This document shows, in pieces, positions 31,601 through 42,506 of a DNA stretch of 64,000 bases. Source of the DNA: Candidatus Latescibacterota bacterium (lineage in GTDB: Bacteria; Latescibacterota; UBA2968); contig OZ240241.1 of NCBI GenBank assembly GCA_965198115.1, positions 5,344,001 through 5,408,000 on the forward strand, written 5' to 3'. Each line of letters opens with the position of its first letter. Within the stretch, counting starts at the first letter, position 1. Below the pieces are notes generated by a model. The model was not told where the DNA came from and did not search any database. It saw only the letters and a list, made by a program, of their open reading frames with translations. A program made the position numbers and the translations under genes.

Positions 31601-31902
31601 TCCCGGCCGGCTCCGACCTGCAGCAGAGCGTGACGGGTCTTCGCGACAACCTCGAATCGCTCGGTCGACGCTACCGCGCCTCGAACCAGCTTCCCCATCG
31701 CGACATCGTCGTCGGGGCCATCCTGAATCCCCTCAACGAGATCGTCGACCGCCTGCGACTCGACATCCGGCAACGGGAACGCGGTCTGCGACTCGACATC
31801 CCCGACGCTCGTAGCGTTCCCGAGCGATATCGCGACCACGTCGCCGAATACTTCCGTGCGTTGTCCGAGCGGGCGTCGGCCGAAGCGGAAGATCGACCGT
31901 GA
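28690..31902 (+). CDS. Large membrane-anchored coiled-coil protein (DUF4175-like) of the MoxR operon
   Basis: N-terminal TM segments, P.Y Ig-like repeats, DDHGL, Q/R/E-rich coiled coil, C-terminal VPERYR..V.EYFRAL. Confidence 0.8.
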   Translation: MIVNPLEARLADLARQFARRERANALLRATAFFSTLTVGLGLSFLLLDGRPVPLALPCVIYITLLVVCWRRYVRPTVAMSREQIALFLDERHPELQNLFVTGATAESQRGRLPEWVLDRILHTAREEAQRVTLPTFFSSRDDARWAVRRIGIVAIGVIALIGVFAHWDLDRLGTGLVTGLVPEPIPFTVEPGDARIRSGDDQVVWLRTSDRTSAKTIRWREAGGVWRRDVFLPSRSEDVFYFRLASVRADTEYGARVGQQVSNDYRLSVYTPPTITAIDFTCHYPDYLRQPPKPFPYSHDLSIPQGGDLDIVVHVNKPLVSADLLFAGDPDALPLERTSELLWHGRWTVTRDDSFRVHLKDGMGDTNEDASWHIIEARVDGAPVVRIREPRGDGEATRIEEIPFLFTVKDDHGLHDFGIQYETVGDDPVRISLRREAGMPQNVNVEHLLSLEDLTLEPGDYLVWSVWAEDGRHRDRFETLGDPYFLEIRPFRRTFSEAVTNEGTERGTAEDADPASRQKQIIIGTWNLRRHSRTLDAEAFEIRRDRLAKAQLDLAEEGLPLSKKAATFREAANAAAAAIRDADPDDPAPNLARALTEEQRAYRVLLQLRPKESQIARFRGGRGGGRDGDRNTINALELSDRTDFEEQATTLDQQLADTEAVRDRIDDLARRQATINRDLNDLVSERPADAVVEQDKRRLQRLLDEQQRALADLDNLQSDVASRSLDPEQAAAARGRLGQAREQMERGMDSLEQGEFQQARAAGRRARGTLDEANEELQQLSRQVAADRMRQLQERLRGLSREQEGIRDRIAEQETQRGDLAASERASEHILERKRNLAGDFSDFMNEAGELAERSAQSQTLLSHRLGDWLRRTSRAGIYEDIEKGERYIRYGAWDVSRDFETALLERLTRAADSLDVIARDAVQDDLEAMRRALTALEDLAEEESIEDIVRPDDRSGRVWDRQLRAAESLLPAGSDLQQSVTGLRDNLESLGRRYRASNQLPHRDIVVGAILNPLNEIVDRLRLDIRQRERGLRLDIPDARSVPERYRDHVAEYFRALSERASAEAEDRP

Positions 31903-34274
31903 ACGCGTGGCTCGTTCGCTATCTGGCTCGAGAAACCGGCCGAAGCTACCACGACGTTGGCTTCGCTTTCGAGGCTGTCGCCGACCCCGCCACAGGAGCA
32001 GCCCTGCTCATCCTCGCGGGCGCGATCGCTTTCATCCTCGTCCGAACGACCCTATCCGGGGCACCCACGCTACGACGTACCGGACTCGGCGTCTTGAGGG
32101 GACTCATCGTCGCCCTCCTGTTGGCGCTCGCGCTCGGACCCATCCTCATCGGTCGACGCATCGATCCGGCATCGAGCGTCGCGCTCCTGCTCTTCGACGA
32201 CTCCGCCAGCATGGCCATCGCTGACACACGCCAGGGAAGCCCCGCCGAAAGATTGCGATCCGCCTACCTCGCCCGTGACGGACGCTTCGAACACAGACTC
32301 ACCACCACCCACACCCTTCGCCCATTCTCATTCGGTGAACGCGTTCGACCCATCAAGGACCTGGATGCGCTCTCCTTCGACCAGATCGATTCGGACATCG
32401 TCGGCGGGCTTCGCGCCGCCCACGCAACGTCGGGTCGGGAGCCCGTCGCCGCCATCGTCCTCTTCTCCGACGGAACGCAACACACACCCCTCGACGAAAA
32501 AGCACTCGACGGCGTGCCCCCTGTCTACACGGTGGGCGTGGGAGCCCAAGCTGTCTCCTCGCTCGCACTCGAATCCATCGCCGTTTCCAGGACCCATTTC
32601 GACCGCAGTCCCATCGCCCTCACCACGCGGGTTTCTGCGACTGGCCTGGCTGGTCGACAGGCGACCATCGATGTTTTCGAAGGGGACCGGCTCGTCGAGG
32701 AAACAGCCTTCACCATCGCCGAAGAAAACCATCGATCGACCCAGCGAATCGAATTCATCCCTGCCCGCACGGGCTTCACCACCTATCGCACACGCGTCCG
32801 ACTGGCCGACACCGACAGCGTCACCGCCCGTGTCGAGGACCCTATCGCCGAGGACAATCACAGACACTTTCTCCTCGACAATCGGAAAAAGACCTACCGC
32901 ATCCTCTACTTCACCGGTAGACCGAACTGGCAACACGCCTTCGTGCGCCGTGCCCTCGATCAGGATCCCCAGCTCGAACTGGCCAGCCTCGTCCGCATCT
33001 CCGGCCCCGATCGGAAATTCAAATTTCGCGGTATGCGGACGACGATGGCGAATCCCCTGTTCGAGGGCTTCGACGACGAGGCCGGCCTCGCGCCCCGCTA
33101 CGACGAAGCCGTCTTTCTCCGTCTCGGGGTGCGGGAATCGGAATTGGACGACGGATACCCGTCGACCGCCGTCGAGCTGTTCGATTTCGACCTCGTCATC
33201 TGGGGGGATGTCGAACGCAATTTCTTCGCCGACGACCACCTCGAACTCACCCGTCGATTCGTCTCCGAGCGTGGGGGCAGCCTCCTCCTCCTCGGAGGGC
33301 CGCGTGGCCTGTCCGAAGGCGGGTATCGAGCGACGGTCATCGAAGGGATGCTTCCCGTCACCCTCGGGGTCGCCAACACCGAACGAGCCACCGAGTTCAG
33401 ATTTCGCCCGACCCCGACTGTCGACGGCACTCTCTCCGGCATCTTCAGCCTCGATCCCGACCCCGCCACGAATCAAACGATCTGGTCCGGTTTGCCGGAA
33501 TTGTTCGGCCTCAACCCGACGATCGGGACCCGAGCGGGTGCAACCGTTCTCGCTCACGCACGCGGAACCGGCGCCAATCAGCAACCTCTCTACGCCTGGC
33601 AACCTTTCGGAAAGGGCCGAACCGCCATTCTCGCGGTCGGAGAGACGTGGCAATGGCGGATGCTTCGTGCCAGCGACGACTATCACGAACAGTTCTGGCG
33701 CCAGCTCGCACGCAGCCTCGTCCAAAGCGCGCCGGAACCCATCTCCGTCACCGCTCGAAACGAGCTCCTCGTCGGTCGACCCGACACGATTCGGATCGTC
33801 GTCCGCGACAGCCTCTACGAAAAACGCGATGGCGTATCGCTCAGAATCGAAGCGCACGGTCCCGGGGGCGAGGTCCACACCCTGCCGGTCGAGGAGTCGA
33901 TGCTGCAGACCGGAAGCTATGCCGCCGCCGTTCAGTTCGAACGCGCCGGCCGATACGACCTTGCCATCGTAGCGACCGACCGCGAGGGCGAAATCGGCCG
34001 GGCCGACGCCGCCCACTACGTACATCCCGATCACAGAGAGCGGATCTCCGCCGGCTACGACCCATCGTTCCTGCAGGACATCGCCCGACTCACAGACGGT
34101 CGATTCTACGAACTCGCCGACCTCGATCGTCTTGTCGACGAACTGCCTCCTGGACCATCCGAAGAAGAGCACTTCGATCGCGTGTCCATCTGGCACGTGC
34201 CGCAAGTTTACGGACTCCTCATCCTCCTTCTCTCACTCGAGTGGTTTCTGCGACGCCGGAAGGGTCATCCGTGA
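31899..34274 (+). CDS. vWA / class I glutamine-amidotransferase-like membrane protein
   Basis: DDSASM, SDG, RRFV.ERGGSLLLLGG, TWQWRM, terminal EWFLRRRKG. Confidence 0.85.
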   Translation: MNAWLVRYLARETGRSYHDVGFAFEAVADPATGAALLILAGAIAFILVRTTLSGAPTLRRTGLGVLRGLIVALLLALALGPILIGRRIDPASSVALLLFDDSASMAIADTRQGSPAERLRSAYLARDGRFEHRLTTTHTLRPFSFGERVRPIKDLDALSFDQIDSDIVGGLRAAHATSGREPVAAIVLFSDGTQHTPLDEKALDGVPPVYTVGVGAQAVSSLALESIAVSRTHFDRSPIALTTRVSATGLAGRQATIDVFEGDRLVEETAFTIAEENHRSTQRIEFIPARTGFTTYRTRVRLADTDSVTARVEDPIAEDNHRHFLLDNRKKTYRILYFTGRPNWQHAFVRRALDQDPQLELASLVRISGPDRKFKFRGMRTTMANPLFEGFDDEAGLAPRYDEAVFLRLGVRESELDDGYPSTAVELFDFDLVIWGDVERNFFADDHLELTRRFVSERGGSLLLLGGPRGLSEGGYRATVIEGMLPVTLGVANTERATEFRFRPTPTVDGTLSGIFSLDPDPATNQTIWSGLPELFGLNPTIGTRAGATVLAHARGTGANQQPLYAWQPFGKGRTAILAVGETWQWRMLRASDDYHEQFWRQLARSLVQSAPEPISVTARNELLVGRPDTIRIVVRDSLYEKRDGVSLRIEAHGPGGEVHTLPVEESMLQTGSYAAAVQFERAGRYDLAIVATDREGEIGRADAAHYVHPDHRERISAGYDPSFLQDIARLTDGRFYELADLDRLVDELPPGPSEEEHFDRVSIWHVPQVYGLLILLLSLEWFLRRRKGHP

Positions 34275-35230
34275 TGAGCCCGTCGCGCAGCCTCCTCATC
34301 ACCCTCGTCCTGCTCTCCACCGTGACACACGCTGCGACCTACGACCTGATCGTGTCCGGAAGCGGCGGCGAGACTGACTATCGCACCGCCTTCCAGGACT
34401 GGGGCCATCGTCTGCGATCGGTCCTCGTCGATTCGCTGGGGCACCCATCCGACCACGTCGTCCTCCTCACAGAATCCGGCGAGGACGCTGACGGCCCATC
34501 CGACCGTGGCACGATCCTCCGTCGCCTGGCCGAGATCCGCACTCGAATGTCTCAGCAGGACGACCTCTTCATCTACCTCATCGGTCACGGCAGCTATCGA
34601 CGGACCGCGCGCTTCAACGTCGAAGGCCTGGACCTTACGACCGAAGATCTCAGAGGCGCGACCGCCTCCATTCCGGGTCACATCTCCCTCATCAACACGG
34701 CTTCCACCAGCTCCCCTTTCATCGAGGCGTTAGCCGGTCCGAATCGGGTCATCTGCACCAGCACCAAAAGCGTCGACGAAAACAACGCCACACGCTTCGC
34801 AGAATACTTCATCCAGGGTCTGGAGGACCAGAGCGCCGACCGCAACCGTGACGATCGCATCTCCATCCTCGAAGCCTGTCGCAACGCCACTGCCCTCACC
34901 GCCGCATCCTATGCCGCCGAGGGCATTCTCGCGACCGAACACGCTTTGATCGGCAATGACGACGCGACACGGGGCGTTCGTCTGGACGCTGAAAAGGGCC
35001 TTGATGATTTGCCTGGCGACCGCGTATTCCTCAAAGACTGGACGTTCCCCGAATCGGTTCCAGGTGGCTGGATCGATGACTACCGCGCCGCTGTCGACAG
35101 CGTCGAAGTGTGGATCGGGAAAAAAGAATCGATCGACGAAGAGGATTACTGGAAGGAACTGGAGGCGAGGCTGATCCGAGCGGCCAGGGCTCATCGCCGG
35201 ATCAGGGAATGGAAGGGGGAACCGGAGTGA
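34274..35230 (+). CDS. Secreted caspase/peptidase-C13-fold-like protein
   Basis: ATG overlaps the upstream TGA; signal-peptide-like N-terminus; LIGHG; AD.N.D.RIS. Confidence 0.65.
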   Translation: MSPSRSLLITLVLLSTVTHAATYDLIVSGSGGETDYRTAFQDWGHRLRSVLVDSLGHPSDHVVLLTESGEDADGPSDRGTILRRLAEIRTRMSQQDDLFIYLIGHGSYRRTARFNVEGLDLTTEDLRGATASIPGHISLINTASTSSPFIEALAGPNRVICTSTKSVDENNATRFAEYFIQGLEDQSADRNRDDRISILEACRNATALTAASYAAEGILATEHALIGNDDATRGVRLDAEKGLDDLPGDRVFLKDWTFPESVPGGWIDDYRAAVDSVEVWIGKKESIDEEDYWKELEARLIRAARAHRRIREWKGEPE

Positions 35231-35254
35231 CGTCGACTCGTGACATCACACGCG

Positions 35255-35330
35255 CGTGGGGCTGAAGCCCCACGCTACGGCAGCCCCTCGACTCCGCTCG
35301 GGATAAACTCCGCCCGCTGAAGCGGGCTGA
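35255..35330. repeat. REP-like palindromes
   Basis: gcgtggggctgaagccccacgctac (GTAG-type on - strand), cccctcgactccgctcgggataaactc, gcccgctgaagcgggc. Confidence 0.7.
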
Positions 35331-35437
35331 TTTCGCTATCCTGAATTATGCATAAAAAAGGTAGTCTCCTTGTACAAGTGTTTGTTTTTCCCTACATTAG
35401 GGCTGACACATCAAAACAACACTTGGAAGGAACTACC

Positions 35438-38158
35438 GTGATAGAACCTAGTCAGATCCGGTTACCATTCGCAAGCATTTCGGGCAAGGTAGTTGAGGCT
35501 GATTTTGCCGGTGGCGCCGTCAGGAGTGACGGTGGAGTTCTGTTGCTTCGCGCCCTTGAGTCTCAGATGGGATTAATCGCCAGAATGGTAGATGCTTTGC
35601 GAGATCGTCGTCACCCAAGCTATATCGATCACACGCTTTTGGATCTTGTGAAGCAGCGTGTTTTTCAGATCGCTTGCGGCTATGAAGATGCCGTCGATTG
35701 TGATGATTTGCGCCACGATCCGGGCGTCAAGGCTGCCTGCGATCGGCTTCCTCTTTCCGGTCCTGATCTCGGGAGCCAATCAACGATGACACGACTTGAG
35801 AATGATGTGCGACGCTCGGATTTGTATCGGCTCGCACGGGCTTTTGTAGACGGGTTCATCGCATCGTATGACCAGGCACCCCCAAGCATCATTCTCGATA
35901 TCGACGACACGGATGACCCAACGCACGGTGCGCAACAATTTTCACTCTTCAACGCGGAGTTCAGGTCAATAGGTGTGTAAAAGAAATCAGGCGGCCATCT
36001 TCCCGGCTTCGACCTGCGGTCCGGTTGAGTGTTTCTGATCGTAGACTTGTTGTAGCAAGTGTGGCGCGGTGAGTTTCCTGAATCGGCTCTCTGCGACCTT
36101 GAGCGTACGCCAGATGAGAGCCGTGGCGTTCCTGACTTTCTTGAATCGCCTGGCGGCGTTTGTGCGAAGCCGAACGGAAGCAAAGGGGCTCTCGACGACG
36201 TTCGTGGTTCTCAGGTGTTTCCAGTGTTCCTTCGGGAAGTCGTAGAACGTGACCATCCGATCCCAGTCTCTTTCGAGCGTCTCCACGGCGGCAGGGAACT
36301 GTGAGCGATACCGTGCGGCAAAGCGTTTCCGGAGCTTCTCGGCCTCCTTTTTCGTGCCGGCATAGGGGATCTGGACGAGCAGTGCGCGGGCTTCAGCCTG
36401 TGCACGCTTGGCGACCTTGTCGAGCACGTTGAGGATCTTGTGGTTCCAGCACCGTTGTTGCCGGCTCTCTGGCCAGACCTGATCAACGGCCGCCCAGATG
36501 CCCATATTCCCGTCCGCGGCGATCAGGACAGGATGTTCGAGCCCGCGATCCCGGAGATCCCGTAGCACCGTGAGCCAGGATTCTGTAGACTCTCGATAAC
36601 CGGGTTCTATCGCCAGGATCTCCTTGCTGCCGTCGCTCATCGCGCCGATCACGACCAGCAGACACGCCTTCTCGCGCTCGAGCCCGGCTTTGACGTAGAT
36701 GCCATCAGCCCAGGCGTAGACCAGTTCGCGATTATCCAGACGCCTTTCTTTCCAGTCCTGGAAGTCGACCTCCCACTTCCCTCGAAGACGAGCGATCGAG
36801 GTCGGCGAAAGCGGCGCGCCATCACCGAGCAGCGCACGCAAAGACAACTCGAAGTCGCCCTGGGAGAGACCGTGGAGATAAAGGTCGGGAAGCAGATCTC
36901 CAATGGCCCTGGTTCTCCGGGCGAACAGGGGGAGGATGCGGCTTTCAAACCGCTCTTCCAGACCACGAACCCGGGGACGCCGGACCTTGATCGTTCCGCA
37001 GCTCGTCGAGAGACGCCGGGGCTTGCCGTAGCCGTTCCTGTAGCCCCTGGAGCTATCGACCTCGGCTCGGCGCTCATACCACGACCGGCCCAAGAACGCG
37101 GTCGCCTCCTCCTCCAGAATGGACTGGAACCGGCCCTGGATCTCTTCACGGATCCAATCGTCAACCGTCTCCCACGTCGGCATGGACTTCAATGGGGCTC
37201 TATGCGTATGTTCCTTCACGGCGATCCTCCTTCCCAACCGGGCCTCTCACCCGGTTTTGTGTGAATCAACTATCTCACGGGAAGGGTAGGGTCGCCCTTT
37301 CCTCTTTTTCCACACCTTTTGATTATAACTCTCAACGCGTATTACAATGAACACTGCTATATGCCGCTACATATCTATGAAGGCCAAAGCGGCAAGCTCA
37401 TTACGACGATCTTGAGACCCGGGCATCCGACGAACGGTAAACAGGTCGTTTCTATTCTCAAGCGCTTGGTGGAACACCTACGCGGATCTTGGCCAAACGT
37501 GGAGATCATCGTTCGCGCAGACTCAAAGTTCAGCTCACCAGAGATGCACGATTTCTGCGAAGACAACGGTATCTACTACGTTCTGGGCCAGGGCGCCAAC
37601 TCCAAGCTCAAAGCGGCTGGACAAAACCTGATGGACCAAGCGCTACGTCTGAGCGAGCATAAGGAGACGATTCGCTTGTTCTCATCCTTCTCATATCAGG
37701 CTGGCACCTACCGGCAGCCTCGCCGGATCATTCACAAGGCTGAAGTCACAAACGGCGAAGCAAATCCAAGATACCGCGTGACCAATTTACAGAGTAATCG
37801 AGACGGCTTTATCTATGATCGTATCTACTGCGCAAGGGGACGCACGGAAGGCTTCATCAAGGACCACAAAACATTCCTTCACTCCGATCGAACATCGTGC
37901 CACAAGTTTGAAGCCAACCAGTTCCGACTCTTTCTACACAGTGCTGCATACGCCTTGCTTCACGCACTCCGATCACAGGGACTCAAGGGCACCGCGTGGA
38001 CCAAACCTCAGGTCAACACGATACAGAACCGTTTCCTCAAAATCGGCGCGAGAGTCATTGAAAGCGCACGAAGAATCCGATTCCATTTTCCAACATCGTA
38101 TCCACTCAAAAACGTCTTGGTGTCAATCATCACCAGGCTCGAAACGAACACGCAGTAA
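35438..38158 (+). pseudogene. IS1380 transposase split by IS256 at FSLFNA^YYNEH
   Basis: SDGGVLLL, GYED..D...LR.DP, LDIDDTDD, VRADS, YCARG..EG.IK, SCHKFEANQFRL. Confidence 0.92.
35957..37331 (-). mobile_element. IS256-family element, copy 2 (1375 bp; transposase 35987-37237)
   Basis: Imperfect TIRs gagttcaggtcaataggtgtg / gagttataatcaaaaggtgtg; 8-bp TSD tcaacgcg at 35949-35956 and 37332-37339. Confidence 0.96.
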
Positions 38159-38393
38159 CAACGCCGATCTATACCGGGGACAGCTATGTACACGTCGCAA
38201 AACAACACCTGTTCCGGACGAAAATCGTGACTCTTGCGACTCGTAGAGACCGCTTACGGGACCTTGGACATCCGAAGAAGCCGAGAACAAATCCTGTGCG
38301 TGATCACATCACTCCAAAACAACCTAAACTCAAATTCATGCATGATTCAGGCTAGCGCTGTTACCCTAGGCTGTGGGAGATATGTCATCGCCG

Positions 38394-38620
38394 ACCGATC
38401 ATCCTGAGCCTGTCCTGAGCTTGTCGAAGGGTTGGCGGCTCACGAACCGAGTCTCAGAACGATCAGGTGTCTGAATGATCGCCGTATCGAAGGACGATCG
38501 GTCGCTGAGTGCGTTGACCGATAGGGCCACCGGCCGTCCTTCGATACGATCTATGCTTCGTTACGTCATACGGCATTCGCAACTTTTGACAAAGCGTCAA
38601 GATCACTCAGGATGATCGGT
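38394..38620. repeat. REPIN/MITE-like nested inverted repeat
   Basis: Outer 15-bp IR accgatcatcctgag / ctcaggatgatcggt; inner IR gtatcgaaggacg / cgtccttcgatac. Confidence 0.7.
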
Positions 38621-39709
38621 GGACCCCACGACAACAACGAAACAGGCGCGCCGCATTTTCACGCGATCATAATACACGATGGGGATGGTACGGATGTCGG
38701 ATCGCCCACCGCCGAAATCTCGCCTGACCCCGCATCGATCGCGAAAACGACGACGTTACCCTCCACCATATTGGCACATAGGAGCAGACCCCCATCGGGT
38801 GTGATGGCCAGGTTCTGCGGTCCTCCTCCCAGACTCGGCTCGATGCCCAGCAGCGACAGCCGACCGTCGGTGTCGATGGCGTAACAGGCTATGCTGTCGT
38901 GACCCCTGTTGGTCCCGTAGAGATACTTTCCGTCGGACGTGATTTTCAGATCCGCGGTGTGGCTGGTCTCGTCGTAGTCCGTGGGAAGTGTCCCGATCGT
39001 CTGCTGTTCGATGAGCGTGCCGGTCGCCCCGTCGTAATCGAACACGGTCACAGAGTTGTGCAACTCGTTGATCACATAGGCGTGCGGTGCGTGGGGGTGA
39101 AACGTGAAGTGACGGGGTCCCGCCCCAGGCAGGGTCCTGGCGAAAGACTGGTGATTGGGTGACAGGACGGCGCTCTCCGCGTCCAGTCGGTAATTCACCA
39201 GCTTGTCCATCCCAAGGTCGGCGGCATAGGCGTATCTATTGTCCGGGCTGATGACGAAGCAATGCGCGTGTGGCTCCGCCTGCCGATCCAATCGAACACT
39301 GGAGCCCTCGTGCTGGAAGAACCCCGCCGGCTCTCCGAGCGAACCGTCATCCTCGATCGGGAGGGCGGCGACGCTGCCGCCGTTGTAGTTGGCCACCACC
39401 AGCGTCTTCCCCGTCGTGTCCACGTCGACGTAACACGTTCCTCCACCTCCGGAGGACTGGTGATTGAGACGTTTCAACTGGCCATCCTCTCCGGTCACGG
39501 CAAAGGCGGCGACACCCCCCTCCTCGAACTCGTGGACCGAATAGAGGAATCGGCGATCCGACGAGAGGGCCAAGAAGAAAGGTTGCTCCACATCGGTCGC
39601 CCGATGCAGGAGCGTCATTTCTGCGGTCTCGACATTCAGACGATACGCGTGGATCGCGCCATCGTCGCCGCTGGCGAAGGCGCTGATGTAGATGAGTTGA
39701 TCGGACTTA

Positions 39710-42430
39710 GGGTTCGGAATAAATAAGGCTATATCCGGATCTCTCAACGAGATGAAGTGGGTGAAGGTGCCGTGGTTCCTGGCATGGGGGCGCGGTTAGC
39801 GTGTGCGGAACCTCTTCGGAATCTGCTCAGGGATGTTTATGTCTCCGACGGTAAGGAAGATCATATCGTTGAATGCGTCGAGTGTGCGGAATCCGCTGGC
39901 TCGGTTCTTGACGATTTGGACGATTCGGTTGAGGCCTTCGGCGATGGCGTTGGTAAGACGCGTGTTCACGAATGCGAGGACGCCGAAGAAGTGCTGTCGC
40001 AGGGTCCTGACGAACTTTCGCAGGGGTTCAAGTCGACTTCTGAGTGCGGACGTCGTCCAGCATTTCAGGAAGCGTTCGGCAGCCCAGGGCGCTTTGTATT
40101 CCCAGAACTGCTCGAACTCGTCCTTGAGTCTCCAGGCTCTATAGATTCGGTAGTTCGCCTTCTCCAGTGCTTTGAGTGTCCGAGTATCCCCTCTGGAGCG
40201 TGTCGCTGAGTGCCGGTAGAGGAGCCATCGGAGGCCCTTCATGGCTTTGCGCTCATCCGGGGCAGCTTTACGCCACTGGTCCTTACGGACCTCGTCAACG
40301 GCGGCATTGAGAGCCTTGACGATGTGAAAGCGATCGAGGACCAGCTTGGCATTCGGACAGTGTTCCTGGATGGCTCCGATGTAAGCTTCGCTCATGTCGC
40401 AGCAGGCCCACTCGATCTTGGATCTCTGGTAGGGACTGAGAGCCTCTGTGAAGAACCGATCGATCGTTTTACGCGCCCTGCCGCGGCCAACCCACACCAC
40501 GCAGGAGCGGTCCAGATCGTAAACGAGCGTGGCGTACCTGTGACGCTTGGCGTAGGAGATCTCGTCGATCCCGATGGTTTTGAGCCCTCGGATACGATGA
40601 CCTTCACGAAGCCGCGTGATGGATCGGTGAAGGAGATCCGACAGCGTCGAGGCAGAGATGCGCAGTAACTCGGACGCCGCCTTCTGCGTCATGGTCTGGC
40701 AGTAGCGCAGCATGGCATACTCGAAGCGATACGTCACCCGAGAGAACCGCTCCGCCCACGGAATCTCCTCGACCACACGACCGTGGGTAGGACACCGAAT
40801 CTCCCGAGGATGGTAGAGAAGCCAGACCCTCCACCCGCACACCGGAATGTCACGCCACCGACGCGGATGGGGCATTGTGCGGACGATTTTACCTCGACGG
40901 CCGCACTCCGGACAACAACAACCATTCTTATGTGGCTTTACGGCGATGACGACGCAGCTTCTCCCCTCAAACCACCAGCTGACAACACGGAACCCCTTGA
41001 ATCTCAGCAGTTTCGATAGTAATCTGCTCCCGGTCATAGGTCGCACCCCCTTCGCTTTGATTGTCCTACACACACAACCAAGCGTAGGGAACGATCTATG
41101 ACCTTGTCATTCTATAGTTTCACCGTTGAGAAACCCGGATAGAGCCATAAATAAACGGTCGATCTCAATGTTGAGCCATTGGCCGGATCGTGTAGTTCCA
41201 GTCGCCGTGGAAATCGTGCGGAGTGAGATCGATTTGGGTCATCTGTTCATCGGTCACCTTGACCCCGTTAGGGTAGGGTCGCTTGTCGATCTCGGAGCGT
41301 ACTCGGAGACCGGCTTGAGTGGTCGTTCCGGCAATGAGATTCACGGTTGCAGCCAGGCTGACCAGGGGCTTGCCTCGCCAGTTCATAGCGATGAAGGAGA
41401 ACAGGCGATGTTCGATCTTGTTCCACTTACTAGTGCCAGGAGGGTAGTGGCATACGGTGATCGTCAGGCCAGTGCGATTCGCAAAGCGCTGCAGCTCCCA
41501 CTTCCACAGCCGCGTCTTGGCGCCGTTGCTGCCGCCTGCGTCCGCCGTGATTAGCAGATGCGTCGAAGTGCCGTAGGCGGGCCGTCCCATGTTCTTCCAC
41601 CAACTTCGGATCGCATTCACGGCGAAGCTGGCCGTGTCGTGATCGATACCGACACTTACCCAGCCTTCATCACGGCTCAGATCATACACTCCATAAGGGA
41701 TCGCCTTGCCCTGAGCAGGCACTATGAAATCGTGTACCTTCACACGCTCCGGGTCTCCCTTGGGTCGCCATTCTCGGCCAGGATTCTTGAAGTCGCCGAT
41801 CAACTCTTTCTTCTTGGTGTCCACCGAGATAACGGGAAGGCCCTGCTGCTGCTGCTGGCTAATCCGATCATCGAGGTAAACGAACTGAGCGTCCCGATCC
41901 GGGTGTGCAGATCCCTCCCTTGTCTTCCGATTCGCCTGCAGCGTGTAATCGTGTTCGTGCAGGAGATTGGCAACGATCCTGGGGCTCACCGAATGCCCCA
42001 TCGCTTGCAACTCGGCGGCCAGTTTGCGAGTGCTCTTCGATGTCCATCTCAGAGGATTGTCGTCAGGCGACCCCGCAGTCGTTGGCTCGACCAGATCATT
42101 CAGGTCCTGCCACAGCGTCGGGTCCGTGTCGGCCTTCCGCTTACGACCGCCGCCTGGACGCCGGATGCGAGCCGGGTCCAAAGGTTCGTCCGACCTCAAC
42201 TCCTGAATGCCACGAAAGATCCGCTCTCTGGACATTCCTGTCGCCAGAGCCACAATCGCGATCCCACCGTGACCCAACGCTTCGGCTTCCGTGGCGGCCC
42301 ACAGACGACGCGTGCGTTCCGTCAGCACCGGAGCCAAGGCTTCATACTTCGTTCGGAGAGTTTCGACGTCCACACTCCGAGCGTAAGATCATTACCTTGA
42401 AAAGTGCAGCACTTATTTCGTGGCAAACCC
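39710..42430 (-). mobile_element. ISAzo13-family element, copy 1 (transposase 41165-42373) with ISL3 in its right TIR
   Basis: ISVDTKKKE, DHDT, ADAGGSNG, PPGTSKWNKIEHRLFS; termini gggtttgccacgaaataa / gggttcggaataaataa; TTA TSD. Confidence 0.93.
39727..41146 (-). mobile_element. ISL3-family element, copy 2 (transposase 39796-41073)
   Basis: 1420 bp, same TIRs as copy 1; 8-bp TSD ataaataa. Confidence 0.96.
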
Positions 42431-42506
42431 TTAGCCTCTGACATTGTGATCTCCTGTCGATATCTGGCGTGTAGTTACTCTTCGAAAACAATAATGGTCA
42501 CCGAAC

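Larger units (their letters stand above)
35340..38351 (+). mobile_element. IS1380-family element, copy 1, interrupted by IS256
   Basis: Termini cctgaattatgcat / atgcatgattcagg; near-identical to 57608-62046 in inverted orientation. Confidence 0.93.
38659..42444 (-). pseudogene. 6-phosphogluconolactonase-like (cycloisomerase) gene interrupted at codon 5 by ISAzo13+ISL3
   Basis: ANY..GS, PHAH, ADLG.D, GPRH, NRGHDSI; native start AGGAG..ATG TCA GAG GCT AA at 42444 joins G TCC GAT CAA near 39706 across the TTA TSD. Confidence 0.88.

Noticed and set aside
32275-34205. Long alternate-frame and antisense ORFs (565 aa, 625 aa)
   Set aside because: Shadow ORFs of a GC-rich gene with low-complexity translation and no motifs
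33647-34273. N-terminal extension of the 527-aa ORF
   Set aside because: Overlaps the vWA gene out of frame; the coupled ATG at 34274 with a signal-like peptide is the better start
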